Positions 40,673 to 50,494 of a stretch of 64,000 nt of DNA are shown here, one piece after another. The translations under genes were made by a program, and so were the position numbers. Under the pieces are notes generated by a model. The model ran no database searches, was not told the origin of the DNA, and saw only the letters and a program-made list of their open reading frames with translations. The first letter of the stretch is position 1; the number at the start of each line of letters is the position of its first letter. The stretch spans positions 1 through 64,000 of the forward strand of contig JBGASG010000002.1 of the NCBI GenBank assembly GCA_044229845.1, given 5' to 3'. This DNA comes from Candidatus Obscuribacteraceae bacterium. Lineage in GTDB: Bacteria; Cyanobacteriota; Vampirovibrionia; Obscuribacterales; Obscuribacteraceae.

Positions 40673-41485
40673 ATGCTCAACCGACTCATGAACGTAATAA
40701 AAGCCATGCTCAACAAGGGCATGCAGCAAATGGAGACGCCGGAGGTTCTCGCGGAAGAAGCGCAGGACCAGCTGGAGAAGCAGGTCAAAGAGTTGCTGCA
40801 AGCGGTGACGCAGGCGATTGCCAATGAAAAGATGCTGGAGCAGCAGATCAAGAAGAACAACGAAGATCTCGCTTCATGGGAGAAACGCGCCACGCTGGCG
40901 GTGCAACAAAACAACGACGACATCGCCAAGCAATGTCTGATGAAGAAACGAGAGCTGAACGAGCAAGCACAGATTCTGACGAAACAGCTGGAAGATCAGA
41001 AGACTACGACTGCGGCACTGCGCTCGCGCCACGCGGAGTTCGAGAGCAAGCTCAAAGAGTTCATGGTCAAGAAAGACGGCATGACCCAGCGTGCCAAAGC
41101 GGGCGATGCCATGGACAAAGCCAGCGAGATCATGTCCAACTCCGCCGGCACATCCGGCATGGGCAAGTACGAACAGAAGATTATGGAGCGGGAAGCAAAA
41201 GCTGCTGCGCTCGGTGAACTGAGCAGAACACCGGCAGAAGACAAACTGAAAGCGCTTGGCGAGAATGCGCAAGTTGAAGACGACCTGGCGGCTTTGAAAG
41301 CGCAAATGGGTCAGGTAAAGCTGGTGGTCGACAAAGAGAGCGGCGGCGCGGCGGCATCGGGAGCGTCGGGCAAAACGCAGGTTGACGCGAATGTGCCGAT
41401 GGTGCCGGATGATGACGACGACAACCTGCCCATGGTCACCGATGTCGAAGTCAAAGACGACGATGAGAAGAAAGGGAAAAAATAG
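40673..41485 (+). CDS. pspA: PspA/IM30 (ESCRT-III-like) protein with acidic C-terminal tail
   Basis: Amphipathic N-terminus, ETPE, W..RA..A...DDIA, EDDLAALK motifs; AAGGAG RBS. Confidence 0.9.
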   Translation: MLNRLMNVIKAMLNKGMQQMETPEVLAEEAQDQLEKQVKELLQAVTQAIANEKMLEQQIKKNNEDLASWEKRATLAVQQNNDDIAKQCLMKKRELNEQAQILTKQLEDQKTTTAALRSRHAEFESKLKEFMVKKDGMTQRAKAGDAMDKASEIMSNSAGTSGMGKYEQKIMEREAKAAALGELSRTPAEDKLKALGENAQVEDDLAALKAQMGQVKLVVDKESGGAAASGASGKTQVDANVPMVPDDDDDNLPMVTDVEVKDDDEKKGKK

Positions 41486-42166
41486 ATGACAAAGAGACAG
41501 GTGACGCTGGCGTTTCTTGCCGCCGCCCTTGGTGGCACGTTGATGAGCGGTTTCGCAGCAGAGGCTGCGCCCAAGTCAGCCGCCAAGCCGTCCGTCAAGC
41601 CGCCACCGCCGGACTACTTCCCGTTGCGGGTCAATGACTGGTGGAAGTTTCAAACGACCACCGGCGAGGGCAAACAAAGCAACTTCACGATGAAGGTGAT
41701 CAGCGCTGAAAAGCAACCCGATCAAACCGTGATTTTCAAAGTCGACACGCAGTCGACCAAGCCCATCCACGACTGGTACACCAAACCGGCCGGGTTGGTG
41801 CTGCGGCACAAAGAGCAGTTCGGCGACGATGAGAAGATGCTCTTCAGCTATGAGCCTGTCTATTCGTATTTGAAAAATCCGCTCAGCAAAGATGATGCGT
41901 GGGAGTGGAAGGGCAAAGGCATGATGGGCGTCGACATTTCGGAAAACGCTCAGGTCACCGGACCGGAAGACATATTTGTGCCGGCCGGGAAGTTTTCGAC
42001 CATGAAGGTGACGACACAAGTCACGCAGGGCGGCGCCAACATGACCAAGACCTATTGGTTTGCCAATCACATCGGGCTGATCAAATCGGCGACGCAATCG
42101 GGACCGGTGGGTTCAGTGACCGAGCTGGTTGATTACAGTTTCAAGCCGAAGCCGAAGACCAAATAA
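41486..42166 (+). CDS. Secreted beta-rich hypothetical protein
   Basis: Signal peptide; DYFPL...W, VPAGKF, YWFA..IGLIK motifs; abuts pspA. Confidence 0.85.
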   Translation: MTKRQVTLAFLAAALGGTLMSGFAAEAAPKSAAKPSVKPPPPDYFPLRVNDWWKFQTTTGEGKQSNFTMKVISAEKQPDQTVIFKVDTQSTKPIHDWYTKPAGLVLRHKEQFGDDEKMLFSYEPVYSYLKNPLSKDDAWEWKGKGMMGVDISENAQVTGPEDIFVPAGKFSTMKVTTQVTQGGANMTKTYWFANHIGLIKSATQSGPVGSVTELVDYSFKPKPKTK

Positions 42167-43051
42167 ATGAGGTTCGGAGAAGCCTGGCTCCTCAACCTGC
42201 AGAAGTGGCTCGGTCGTCGACCAATCACGGGCGAAATCGACACCGCCGGCAGTGCAAAAGCAACGCGCAAAGGGAGCGCTGTCGGCGGCAGCGGCAAAGC
42301 TCGCTCGTCCGCATCGGCTGGTGCAGAGCCTGGTGAGAAACGTGAAGGGCCTCTGACAATCAAGTGCCCCAACATGCCGACAAAGAAACATATGCAGCAG
42401 CACTCTGTCTGCACATCGCGGCTTCCAGCAATCAGGGACTGCATCAATCTTATGGCAGCTATCAGGCGCGACCTGATGCTTGGTGCAATGAATGTGAATT
42501 GACGCGCCTCAAAGAAGGCGAGTGGAACGAACGCTGCGATGCTTTCGCCGGCTTCAAAATATTGTGCTGTTATTGCTATGACGACCGAATTGCGCTCAAC
42601 GACGGGCTGCAGATCAAGCTGCCGTTTCTCAAAAAATGCATCGACAGCCGCGGCTGGTGCACAGTCCAAGTACTACGGCAACGACAGAACGGTGCCGTCG
42701 GCGTTTTACACGATAGGACTGACAAGCAAATTCGATCATCCGGAGTTGTTTGTCTCTGGTCTGTCGCGCGGGCTGCTCGATCATGTGGTGGAACACTTCG
42801 TCAATCGCATCAGCACCGGTAGCCGCTTTGGCGACGGGCACAAATACTCCGACCTGGTCGGCGACACCGAGTGCTGTTTGCGCGCGGTGCGCCCGGAGCA
42901 CTTTCAACGATACATGCCCGAAGCACTGGAGATACTTGAGTCGGCGTCAACCGCCCTGCAATGCGTCTGTCCCGATGCCAAAAACAAGTATGCCTGGGAT
43001 GAAGGCTTCGCCGAAGACATGCGCAACCGGCAGCCTAATCTGTGGCAATGA
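42167..43051 (+). pseudogene. Cys/His domain plus DUF4262-like protein, broken by two frameshifts
   Basis: Three overlapping ORFs join into ...IKCP/QH...CLH...DAWCNECE...CYCY...GWCTVQV/...YTIGL...HPELFVSGL. Confidence 0.65.
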
Positions 43052-43085
43052 TTATGCTGCCGCGATAACGCGGCTTGGCGGCCGA

Positions 43086-43467
43086 TTACGCAGCAGCCTC
43101 GGCTTGGGGCGGTGCGCTCGTGGCGAGACTTCTGAGTGCGCGCGCGGCAACATAAGGATTTTCATCGGCGGCAAGTTGCAGCAGTATCACTAATGGTGCA
43201 CCGACATCCTCAGCGATGGCATAACGGACATCGGCATTCTCATCGGTGGCAAGCCGCATGAGCATCGAATTGGTTCGCCGCGGACTGAAGGCAATACTTT
43301 GCCTGACCTCCCCCGCTTTCATCCCACGACAATTTGAAGAGGACGGGCAGCGGCGTATTGGGATGTTCGGCGACGCGGGCGCGCACACGAACATCGGACG
43401 ACTGGGCGAGTTCTTCGAGAAGAGAAGCAGTTACTTCAACGTTTCCTGCCAGCAAATAATCAAACAT
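43086..43467 (-). pseudogene. LRV/HEAT-like repeat protein, frameshifted at a G5 run
   Basis: ORFs 43240-43467 and 43086-43394 join as WDESG-EVRQSIA if one G is removed (plus-strand C5 at 43310-43314). Confidence 0.8.
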
Positions 43468-43524
43468 TTGGAGACACCTCGATCTAGCGCACCGCTACGT
43501 CATGCCCGGCGGTGCGAATGGGAA

Positions 43525-43560
43525 TTGGTTGGGCTGTTGGTTGGGCTGTTGGTTGGGCTA
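43525..43560. repeat. Three 12-bp tandem repeats
   Basis: TTGGTTGGGCTG x2 plus TTGGTTGGGCTA. Confidence 0.9.
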
Positions 43561-43591
43561 TCGAACTGAACTAATCGAATCGGATAAATCC

Positions 43592-43620
43592 ATAGTAGAC
43601 CGGTCGGTCTAATCTGTCAA
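43592..43620 (-). promoter_or_regulatory. Near-consensus sigma70 promoter with TetR-type operator
   Basis: Minus strand TTGACA-17 bp-TACTAT; TAGACC-N4-GGTCTA at 43596-43611. Confidence 0.8.
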
Positions 43621-43994
43621 CTGCCCCCTCCTGGGGGTGCCCGTTTCACGAGATTGTCACGTCTCGCATGAGACGATAAACGTCGAGAAATCGCGCCTTT
43701 TCCCTGGGCGAATTCTTTGACCACCACCCCGGTCATACGAACGACCAAATCCTCTCCGGCGCCGCACCCCTTGCGCTCTGGACGGGACGGATCCCTCCAT
43801 TCGGATCCTTAAAAAGCCTGCCCGGCGCTAGAAAAAGCGCTTTTCTGGGCATGATGACTATAACCGGTGCTTCAGTCCGTCGCTGCTTCGCTCCTCACCC
43901 CACCCTGAGCTCGACGCCGCCACGCCAGACCAGTTTTTTACTAACCAGGTCCTTTCCTTTCCGTGCGCCTAGCTATATAGAAGGATGTTTTGAG

Positions 43995-46900
43995 ATGGGT
44001 GACTCCAAGCCACAAGCTGCGGCAGATGATATTCAAACTAAGGTCAAAGCCGACACGCCGCCTGATGACGCGGTTCGGACGCAGATATCGACCGCACTTA
44101 CTACCAACAACGTGACCTCACAATCCGATTTCGCCGCCGTCAGTCAACAACTCGAGGCTAAAGGCGTGTTGCCGTCGATTTTGCTCGATGACAAAGCGCG
44201 CGGGGACCTGATTACCAAATACGGCAAAGACAACGCACTCACTAAAGAAAACCTCCAGGCTGCCGTCAACAACAAAGACGAGTCGCCGTACAACCGCTTG
44301 CTGGCGGAAAGCCTGCTGCGTCGATTTGATCTGGCTAGACAAGAAACAGGCGAGACCGGCAACCGCCTCACCCGCGACGACCTCGCGAAGTGGGCACAGA
44401 AAAACGCCACCGGCACACGCGACCACCTCACCTACGAACAGAACGCACAAACCGGCACCGAGATTGCCACCGACAAAGGCAAAGTGGTGGCAGTCACCGC
44501 CGCCGATGGCTCGGAAACCAGATTTATTCGCGACGGCAACAACAATTTAACCGGCATCGCGGGCCCGAGCGATTCGTACTCGCTGACCACCAGCAATGGT
44601 GGCTACGGGTTCATCAACGACAAGAACCATCGCTTCGGTCCAGGCAATCAGAAAGGCGATGTGATGTCCATGATCGTCACTCCACCGGGAGTCGATGATA
44701 AGACCGGCGAGTTCAAGTATGAAGTAAACCGCGGTCCAGGAACGGACAAGCTCGTCGTCACCCACAACAAAGACAATTCGGAAGTCGCCGTCGACTCGCA
44801 AGGAAGAGTGCAGAGCGTGCTCTATCCGGACGGCAGAACCATGGTGTTCGAATACGGCAGCGATCCGACTAAACCAACCAAGATTATCGAATCCAGCCCG
44901 AACCACGATAACAAGCCGATCACCTACACACCGGGCGAACCCGGCAAACCATGGACCGCAACGCCGGCTGACGGTGCTCGCCAGATAATCGATCCGGTCA
45001 TGGGCAAGGGCGCCGACGTCGGCGTGCTTACCTATAAAGATGCCGCCGGCGTCGAGCACAAACTGTCTCTCAACGGCAAAGACTCCGGAGCACCGGCGCC
45101 TGTTGAAACAGTTCCGCTGAGAGCCACCGAAGCTACAAAGATTCCGCCGGAAGGCGTTAAGCTTCCGTCGGGCGACACTATAAAAGTCACCACAGTCAAG
45201 GTCAATGGAGAAGATCAGGTCGCCACGCTGACTCGCACCAACGTCAACGGCGAAACCGAAACACTCACACGCAACGACGACGGCAGCTACAGCATTCAAC
45301 GCAAAAATAAAGATGGTGGCACTTCGAACGAGAAGGCAACCAGCCTGACAGTCAGTGCGAACGGCGAGTACTCGTACACAACAGAATCCGGCGCCATCAT
45401 CAAGCAAAGTGCCAACGGCACCAGAGAAATCACGGATTCCCAGGGCAAGGGCGGCAAGACTGTTCTGACCTTCAACGAAAAGGGCGAAGCGACCAGCATC
45501 GTTCACACCGGCAAAGGCGGACCAAGTGAAACGCTGACTCGCGGCACCAACGGCGAATGGCAGATTCAGAGCCCGACAGCCGGCGGCAAAGTCGACAACG
45601 TCAAGGTCAACGCCGACGGATCCTACAGCTACACCAAGGGCAACGGCGTCACCGTCACCCAGGAAACCACACGCAACGTCCGCGAAGAGAAAGCGGCGGA
45701 CGGCAGCTCCATTCGCACCGGCTTCGATAAGGACGGCAATCTGGAGTTCATGCAGCGCAACATCACCCTCATGGAGGGTAATCCACCCAAGGCTGCGAAC
45801 CATAACGAAGTGGTGAAGAAAGGTCCGGATGGTCAATTGATGATCGAGCGCGACGGACAGAAAGTCGACGCCAAGGACATCAAAGTCTACCCGACCGGCG
45901 GCTATGAATACACGCGCGCAGATGGTGCCCGCATCTATCAAGATGCCACCACTCGCCGCGAAACCCTGGCCGACAAGTCGGTGAGCACGTTCACAACCAA
46001 CGCCGACGGCTCGCACACCAATAAATGGGAAGGCGCCAACGGCGACACATCCACCATCAAACTCAACAAAGACGGCAATGTCGTCGGCGTCGAGAACTAC
46101 TTCAAAGAAGGAAACCGCAAAGAAACTATCGTCCTCGATGGCTCCGGCAAGCCGCAGCTGACAGTGACGGCCGACGGCAAGCCGGTGGAAGTGAAGAACT
46201 TCGCGCCCTTCCCCGATGGACGGTACATGTACGACGTGCCGATGGCCGACGGCAAGATGCGTCACATCGATCAAGAACCGAACGGGCATCGCGTCGAATT
46301 CACAACCTCCGACTACAAAGTTGTGCAGGGCGACACGCTACAGAGACTGGCGGAAAGAAACAAGGTCACGGTCGAAGATATCTTGATGGCCAACGTCGGC
46401 AATCAGGCGCTGATCGACAGACTGAAGGCTAACAACGGCGCGCTGCAACCCGGCGAAACGATTCGCATGCCCAGCGACAAGGTGGAAAGACCTGCGCGCG
46501 CCGGCGGCGCCGGCGACCTGCCCGACACGCCACTCAATCGCAAACTGGCAGAGTACGACAACCAGCCGCAAATCGACAAGCTGCAGCGCGGAGAGACGCT
46601 CTATGCATTCGCGCAGCGCCACCTCGGCAAGAATGCCACCAACAAGGAAATCTATACCTGGCTCAACGAAGTTATGAAGGCCAGCGGTTTCCCTGATGCC
46701 AAACTCGATCCCAACAAGACCAGCTACACGCCTAAAGATCTGCCGCGCGCTTGGAACAGCATTTCGTACAAAACCGAATTGCATCTCCACGGTGATGAGG
46801 CCAATCAACACCGCGAGCGCGAACGCATCGCCACCTCGATGGTACCGGATGCGGTGAGCCGCATTCCGGGCATGACCGATGAAGTTCGAGCCGACCTGAG

Positions 46901-47108
46901 TAAGAAACTCGGACACCCGGTGACAGACCGAGACATGCAGGCTCTTGTGGACAACAAGCTGATCACTGCGGAACAAAAGGCTGCCTTCGAGAAAGCTCGC
47001 GACGACGAAATCGCCGCAGCCAAAGAACAGGTGAAGAAGTACGAGCAAGCCCGCGCCGCCCGTAAAGCTGGACCGCCGGCACGTCGCGACTTCTACGGCT
47101 ACAACTAA
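43995..47108 (+). CDS. Large YD/RHS-like beta-repeat protein with LysM domain(s)
   Basis: GRVQSVLYPDGRT..FEY and many DG-turn repeats; YKVVQGDTL...LQPGETIRMP LysM; second LysM-like LQRGETLY; no signal peptide. Confidence 0.85.
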   Translation: MGDSKPQAAADDIQTKVKADTPPDDAVRTQISTALTTNNVTSQSDFAAVSQQLEAKGVLPSILLDDKARGDLITKYGKDNALTKENLQAAVNNKDESPYNRLLAESLLRRFDLARQETGETGNRLTRDDLAKWAQKNATGTRDHLTYEQNAQTGTEIATDKGKVVAVTAADGSETRFIRDGNNNLTGIAGPSDSYSLTTSNGGYGFINDKNHRFGPGNQKGDVMSMIVTPPGVDDKTGEFKYEVNRGPGTDKLVVTHNKDNSEVAVDSQGRVQSVLYPDGRTMVFEYGSDPTKPTKIIESSPNHDNKPITYTPGEPGKPWTATPADGARQIIDPVMGKGADVGVLTYKDAAGVEHKLSLNGKDSGAPAPVETVPLRATEATKIPPEGVKLPSGDTIKVTTVKVNGEDQVATLTRTNVNGETETLTRNDDGSYSIQRKNKDGGTSNEKATSLTVSANGEYSYTTESGAIIKQSANGTREITDSQGKGGKTVLTFNEKGEATSIVHTGKGGPSETLTRGTNGEWQIQSPTAGGKVDNVKVNADGSYSYTKGNGVTVTQETTRNVREEKAADGSSIRTGFDKDGNLEFMQRNITLMEGNPPKAANHNEVVKKGPDGQLMIERDGQKVDAKDIKVYPTGGYEYTRADGARIYQDATTRRETLADKSVSTFTTNADGSHTNKWEGANGDTSTIKLNKDGNVVGVENYFKEGNRKETIVLDGSGKPQLTVTADGKPVEVKNFAPFPDGRYMYDVPMADGKMRHIDQEPNGHRVEFTTSDYKVVQGDTLQRLAERNKVTVEDILMANVGNQALIDRLKANNGALQPGETIRMPSDKVERPARAGGAGDLPDTPLNRKLAEYDNQPQIDKLQRGETLYAFAQRHLGKNATNKEIYTWLNEVMKASGFPDAKLDPNKTSYTPKDLPRAWNSISYKTELHLHGDEANQHRERERIATSMVPDAVSRIPGMTDEVRADLSKKLGHPVTDRDMQALVDNKLITAEQKAAFEKARDDEIAAAKEQVKKYEQARAARKAGPPARRDFYGYN

Positions 47109-48461
47109 CTAACTGGGTTTGCCGAGTTGTTTGGCGAGCACTTCCACAGCTTTGTTCAGCTGCGCGTCTTTGCCCTCTCGGGGCGAATGCTTAACGGCCG
47201 AACCGGTGGTGTCAATCCACCACGGTCCGCGTCCGTTCTGGTAGTCGTCGTGCTTGAGCGTGACCGCATACTCGGGAACGATGCCGGTCTTATGTATATC
47301 GATGTCGGCTGGGGTCAAATAGCGCGCCACCGTGACGTTGATGCTGGACCCGTCGCCGAGCGCATTGATTGCCTGCACCAGTCCCTTGCCGAAAGACTTG
47401 GCACCGACCAGCTTGGCGCGGTGATTGTCGCGCAGGCAGCCGCTCAATATTTCGCTGGCACTCGCTGATCCTTCGTTGATGAGAATCACCAGGGGTAGTG
47501 TCACACACGGATCTTTGGGTTTGGCGATCTGCGAAATTTTGTAGTCGCCGTTGTCGACAGTGCTGACGATCACACCATGATCGATAAACATGTTTGCCAT
47601 ATTGATCGCATTGGACAGCAATCCACCAGGGTTGCCGCGCAAGTCGAGAATGACGCCTTCGGCGCCTTCGCTCTCCACCTTAGCCAACGCGGATCGCACC
47701 TCTTTGCTGGCACGTTCAGACATGAACGTGTCCAGCCTGATGTAACCAAACTTGCCGCTGTTGCCGCCGAAATTCAACACCTCGACGGTCGAGACTGCTT
47801 TGATAGCAATATCGGCTCGCGTCAGCTCTATATAATGTTTCTTCCCAGCCCGTGCATAGCTGACTTTTACGACGGTGCCCACCTCGCCGCGAATCTGTTT
47901 GACGATTTGATCGAGCGCCAGTCCTTTAATCGGTTTCCCGTCCACTTCGAGAATCTCATCGCCTGATTGAATCCCGGCTTTCTGCGCAGGACTGTCTTCG
48001 ATCGGCGCGATCACGACAATGCGCTGATCTTTAATGATGCCCAGCTGCATGCCAACGCCGGCGAGGCTGGCTTTGATGTGCGATTTCTCGTCGTCGAATG
48101 CTTCTTTGTCCAGAAAGCGTGTGTACGGATCGCCCAGGCTGGCCAGCATCGTCTGAATCGCCTTGTGCGCGTCGTCATCGGAGCGCAGCTTGTCGTCATA
48201 TCTGTGCCTCCAGCGGCTCCAGTCCTGGGACGCGGGCGGCGTACTATATGACTCCAAATAGAAGTTTTCCTTGATCAGCGTCCAGGCTCTGTCATAGACC
48301 TGCTGAGGAGTGAGGCGCTCGTCCGCAGCAGCAGCAGACTTGTCATCAGCATACGCGGACAACGCAGAAAGCGCGGGCACACCGGCGGCGGCAGCGCTGA
48401 CTGCGACAACGCCAATTACTGACGCCGCAGACATCCTTCGGGATTTCCAGAACCGTGCCAA
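47109..48461 (-). CDS. ctpA: S41 carboxyl-terminal processing protease with PDZ domain
   Basis: DPYT, GVGM, DLRGNPGG, SASASE, FGKG motifs; signal peptide. Confidence 0.93.
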   Translation of the reverse strand: MARFWKSRRMSAASVIGVVAVSAAAAGVPALSALSAYADDKSAAAADERLTPQQVYDRAWTLIKENFYLESYSTPPASQDWSRWRHRYDDKLRSDDDAHKAIQTMLASLGDPYTRFLDKEAFDDEKSHIKASLAGVGMQLGIIKDQRIVVIAPIEDSPAQKAGIQSGDEILEVDGKPIKGLALDQIVKQIRGEVGTVVKVSYARAGKKHYIELTRADIAIKAVSTVEVLNFGGNSGKFGYIRLDTFMSERASKEVRSALAKVESEGAEGVILDLRGNPGGLLSNAINMANMFIDHGVIVSTVDNGDYKISQIAKPKDPCVTLPLVILINEGSASASEILSGCLRDNHRAKLVGAKSFGKGLVQAINALGDGSSINVTVARYLTPADIDIHKTGIVPEYAVTLKHDDYQNGRGPWWIDTTGSAVKHSPREGKDAQLNKAVEVLAKQLGKPS

Positions 48462-48503
48462 CCTGCCTGAGACCTCGTCGGGGCGCCGCGACGCTTGGCA
48501 ATT

Positions 48504-48794
48504 TTACCAGACCGGCGCCCCGATTGAGATCGGACTTTTCTGCGGCTCGATGCGCTCAGTGCGCCTGTACTGCCAGGTAATCTTCCAGTCGAACGAGCCT
48601 CCAACCCCGCCGGCACCGTTTGTCATGACGGAGAACGTAGTGCCACCAGGGTAGCCATTAACCTGGTCACCGCCGGCAGTGACATCGCCGAGAAACGGCG
48701 TCGGATCTGCCAGTGCGGCAAATGTCTGGCTAAGGCGTTGCCAGTATGTGCCGACGATTGAACTTTTTTCGAGCTCGCGACGTATACCGATCAT
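48504..48794 (-). CDS. Possible small protein or gene remnant
   Basis: Protein-like 96-aa ORF in the gap between divergent genes; no motif recognised. Confidence 0.3.
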   Translation of the reverse strand: MIGIRRELEKSSIVGTYWQRLSQTFAALADPTPFLGDVTAGGDQVNGYPGGTTFSVMTNGAGGVGGSFDWKITWQYRRTERIEPQKSPISIGAPVW

Positions 48795-48853
48795 CAGGTC
48801 ATCTCGAACCTGAAAGCAACATCCCCGGGTTTTTTCAGTTGGAGGACAGGTCT

Positions 48854-50368
48854 ATGCCAACCACCAGTCAAATAACACCATGGATTCCCGAAGATCAGCC
48901 CCTTGTCTTGCAAAGCGGACCGCATCTGGATCTTTCCGTTTTGTGCGACTACTTCAAAAAAGAGTACGTCGATAAGTCTCAATTCGAAGATGACAGAGAG
49001 TACAACGAACATCTATATAAGATGTCCAATCTGGTGAAACGCATGCTGAATGACAGTAGTCGCGACGAACGGCTGAAAACCGCGCGAGCGATTCTGCAGA
49101 TCGAGCCGCAGTGCGGTCTGGCATTTACTGTCCTGGCGCGCGAAGGTGCCACCAGTCACGAAGATGCCAGTAAATACTATCAGAATGCCGTCGGATTTCT
49201 GCGTCAAGAACATCTCATACGAAGCGGCGACTTCAATCCACCATCCGACACCTTTGAACCGGTCGGCGCTTTCATCCACGACGAAAAACTGGTGGCACTC
49301 GTGAGCGCTGAATGCGCCCGCTGGTTGCGCGGCGAAGGTGCGCTGTCGGAGGCACAAGCAGTGCTCAATAAAGTATCTCAACTGAGCGCTGATCCAAATG
49401 ACGCCTTCATCACTCTCTACTCCTGGCACATACAAGCAGGACGACTGAAGGAGGCGCGAGCGCTTGTCGACAGCACGCTGAGCAATCACCCCCGCTGGTA
49501 TTACTTGCACGCGTTCACCCTATATAAGGAATCAGGCAACACCGTCATTTCGCGATCGGCGATGCGTCACGCATGCCACCTCGACGATTTGATAGCGCAC
49601 GCTCTGCTGGGTGACAATCTCTTCCGCATCTCTCGCTACCGCATTGGCGCGACGGAAGAACAGTGCAACGAGGCGACGGCATTTGCAGCGGCACTGCAGG
49701 AGGTGTCGTACGCCACTCCCGGGCTGCGCCAGTTTCTCATTGATTCGGTGTGCAAAAGCGTGCCGTCGTTCGCCATCATCACTGAACTTCCTCGGCAGTC
49801 GCTGTCGGCCGCCAATTTGACAACACCCACCGACGCGATCAGGTTTAAGCGTTGGAAAGACAATCTCGAACTGGTCGACAAATGCCGAGGTCACGAGAAG
49901 CTCTGGAAGAAACATCTCAAATCCGGCATCAAAGAAGCGGAACGCTTTCCGATCGAATGCTGGGAGTTCTATGCGACCTTGCGTTTCGCTGCCATGAATC
50001 GTGACTTGAGCGGTTATTCCAAACGGGACATTCTCGATATGTGCCAACGTCGGTTGGACAAAGTCGACGGCACGCGCACTCAAAGAAACGCGGCGGTGGT
50101 CTACTTCGAATCTGCATGTCTTTTCGATCAACTTATGGAGTATGAGAAGTCCGAAGAGTTGTTTGCCAAATCAATCTCGGCACTCGACTCGCATCACATT
50201 CTGGATCCCGCTGACTCCGACCTGTTTCTCAAAAGACTGATCCTCTACAAGTGGGCCCACTCCTACACGCACAACTCGCAGAAAGTAAAGGCGGCACCAT
50301 TGTTCGATCAGGTGCGGTCGCTCGGACGCAGTTATCTCGGCGATGAGGAGCGAGAGCCGACTCTCTGA
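48854..50368 (+). CDS. Helical/TPR-like hypothetical protein
   Basis: GGAGG RBS before ATG 48854; TPR-like segments. Confidence 0.75.
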   Translation: MPTTSQITPWIPEDQPLVLQSGPHLDLSVLCDYFKKEYVDKSQFEDDREYNEHLYKMSNLVKRMLNDSSRDERLKTARAILQIEPQCGLAFTVLAREGATSHEDASKYYQNAVGFLRQEHLIRSGDFNPPSDTFEPVGAFIHDEKLVALVSAECARWLRGEGALSEAQAVLNKVSQLSADPNDAFITLYSWHIQAGRLKEARALVDSTLSNHPRWYYLHAFTLYKESGNTVISRSAMRHACHLDDLIAHALLGDNLFRISRYRIGATEEQCNEATAFAAALQEVSYATPGLRQFLIDSVCKSVPSFAIITELPRQSLSAANLTTPTDAIRFKRWKDNLELVDKCRGHEKLWKKHLKSGIKEAERFPIECWEFYATLRFAAMNRDLSGYSKRDILDMCQRRLDKVDGTRTQRNAAVVYFESACLFDQLMEYEKSEELFAKSISALDSHHILDPADSDLFLKRLILYKWAHSYTHNSQKVKAAPLFDQVRSLGRSYLGDEEREPTL

Positions 50369-50494
50369 GAAGTTCGGTTTCACGAATTTTCCACAGACAT
50401 GCCATAACCTACGGATACCCCACCTGCATAGTTACTACGTACGCCTGTGATTTGCTTGGCGGCCTGCACGGCGTAGATATGGTGGGGTATCCCT

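Noticed and set aside
40520..40801. Long N-terminal extension of the FHA ORF
   Set aside because: It overlaps pspA on the opposite strand; an RBS supports ATG 40519.
43525..43560. 12-bp repeats as CRISPR or iterons
   Set aside because: They are too short, have no spacers, and no rep gene is nearby.
44547..46289. 580-aa antisense ORF and similar long shadow ORFs (5255-6283, 62252-63073)
   Set aside because: They lie opposite well-supported genes, are expected from GC-rich codon bias, and contain no motifs.
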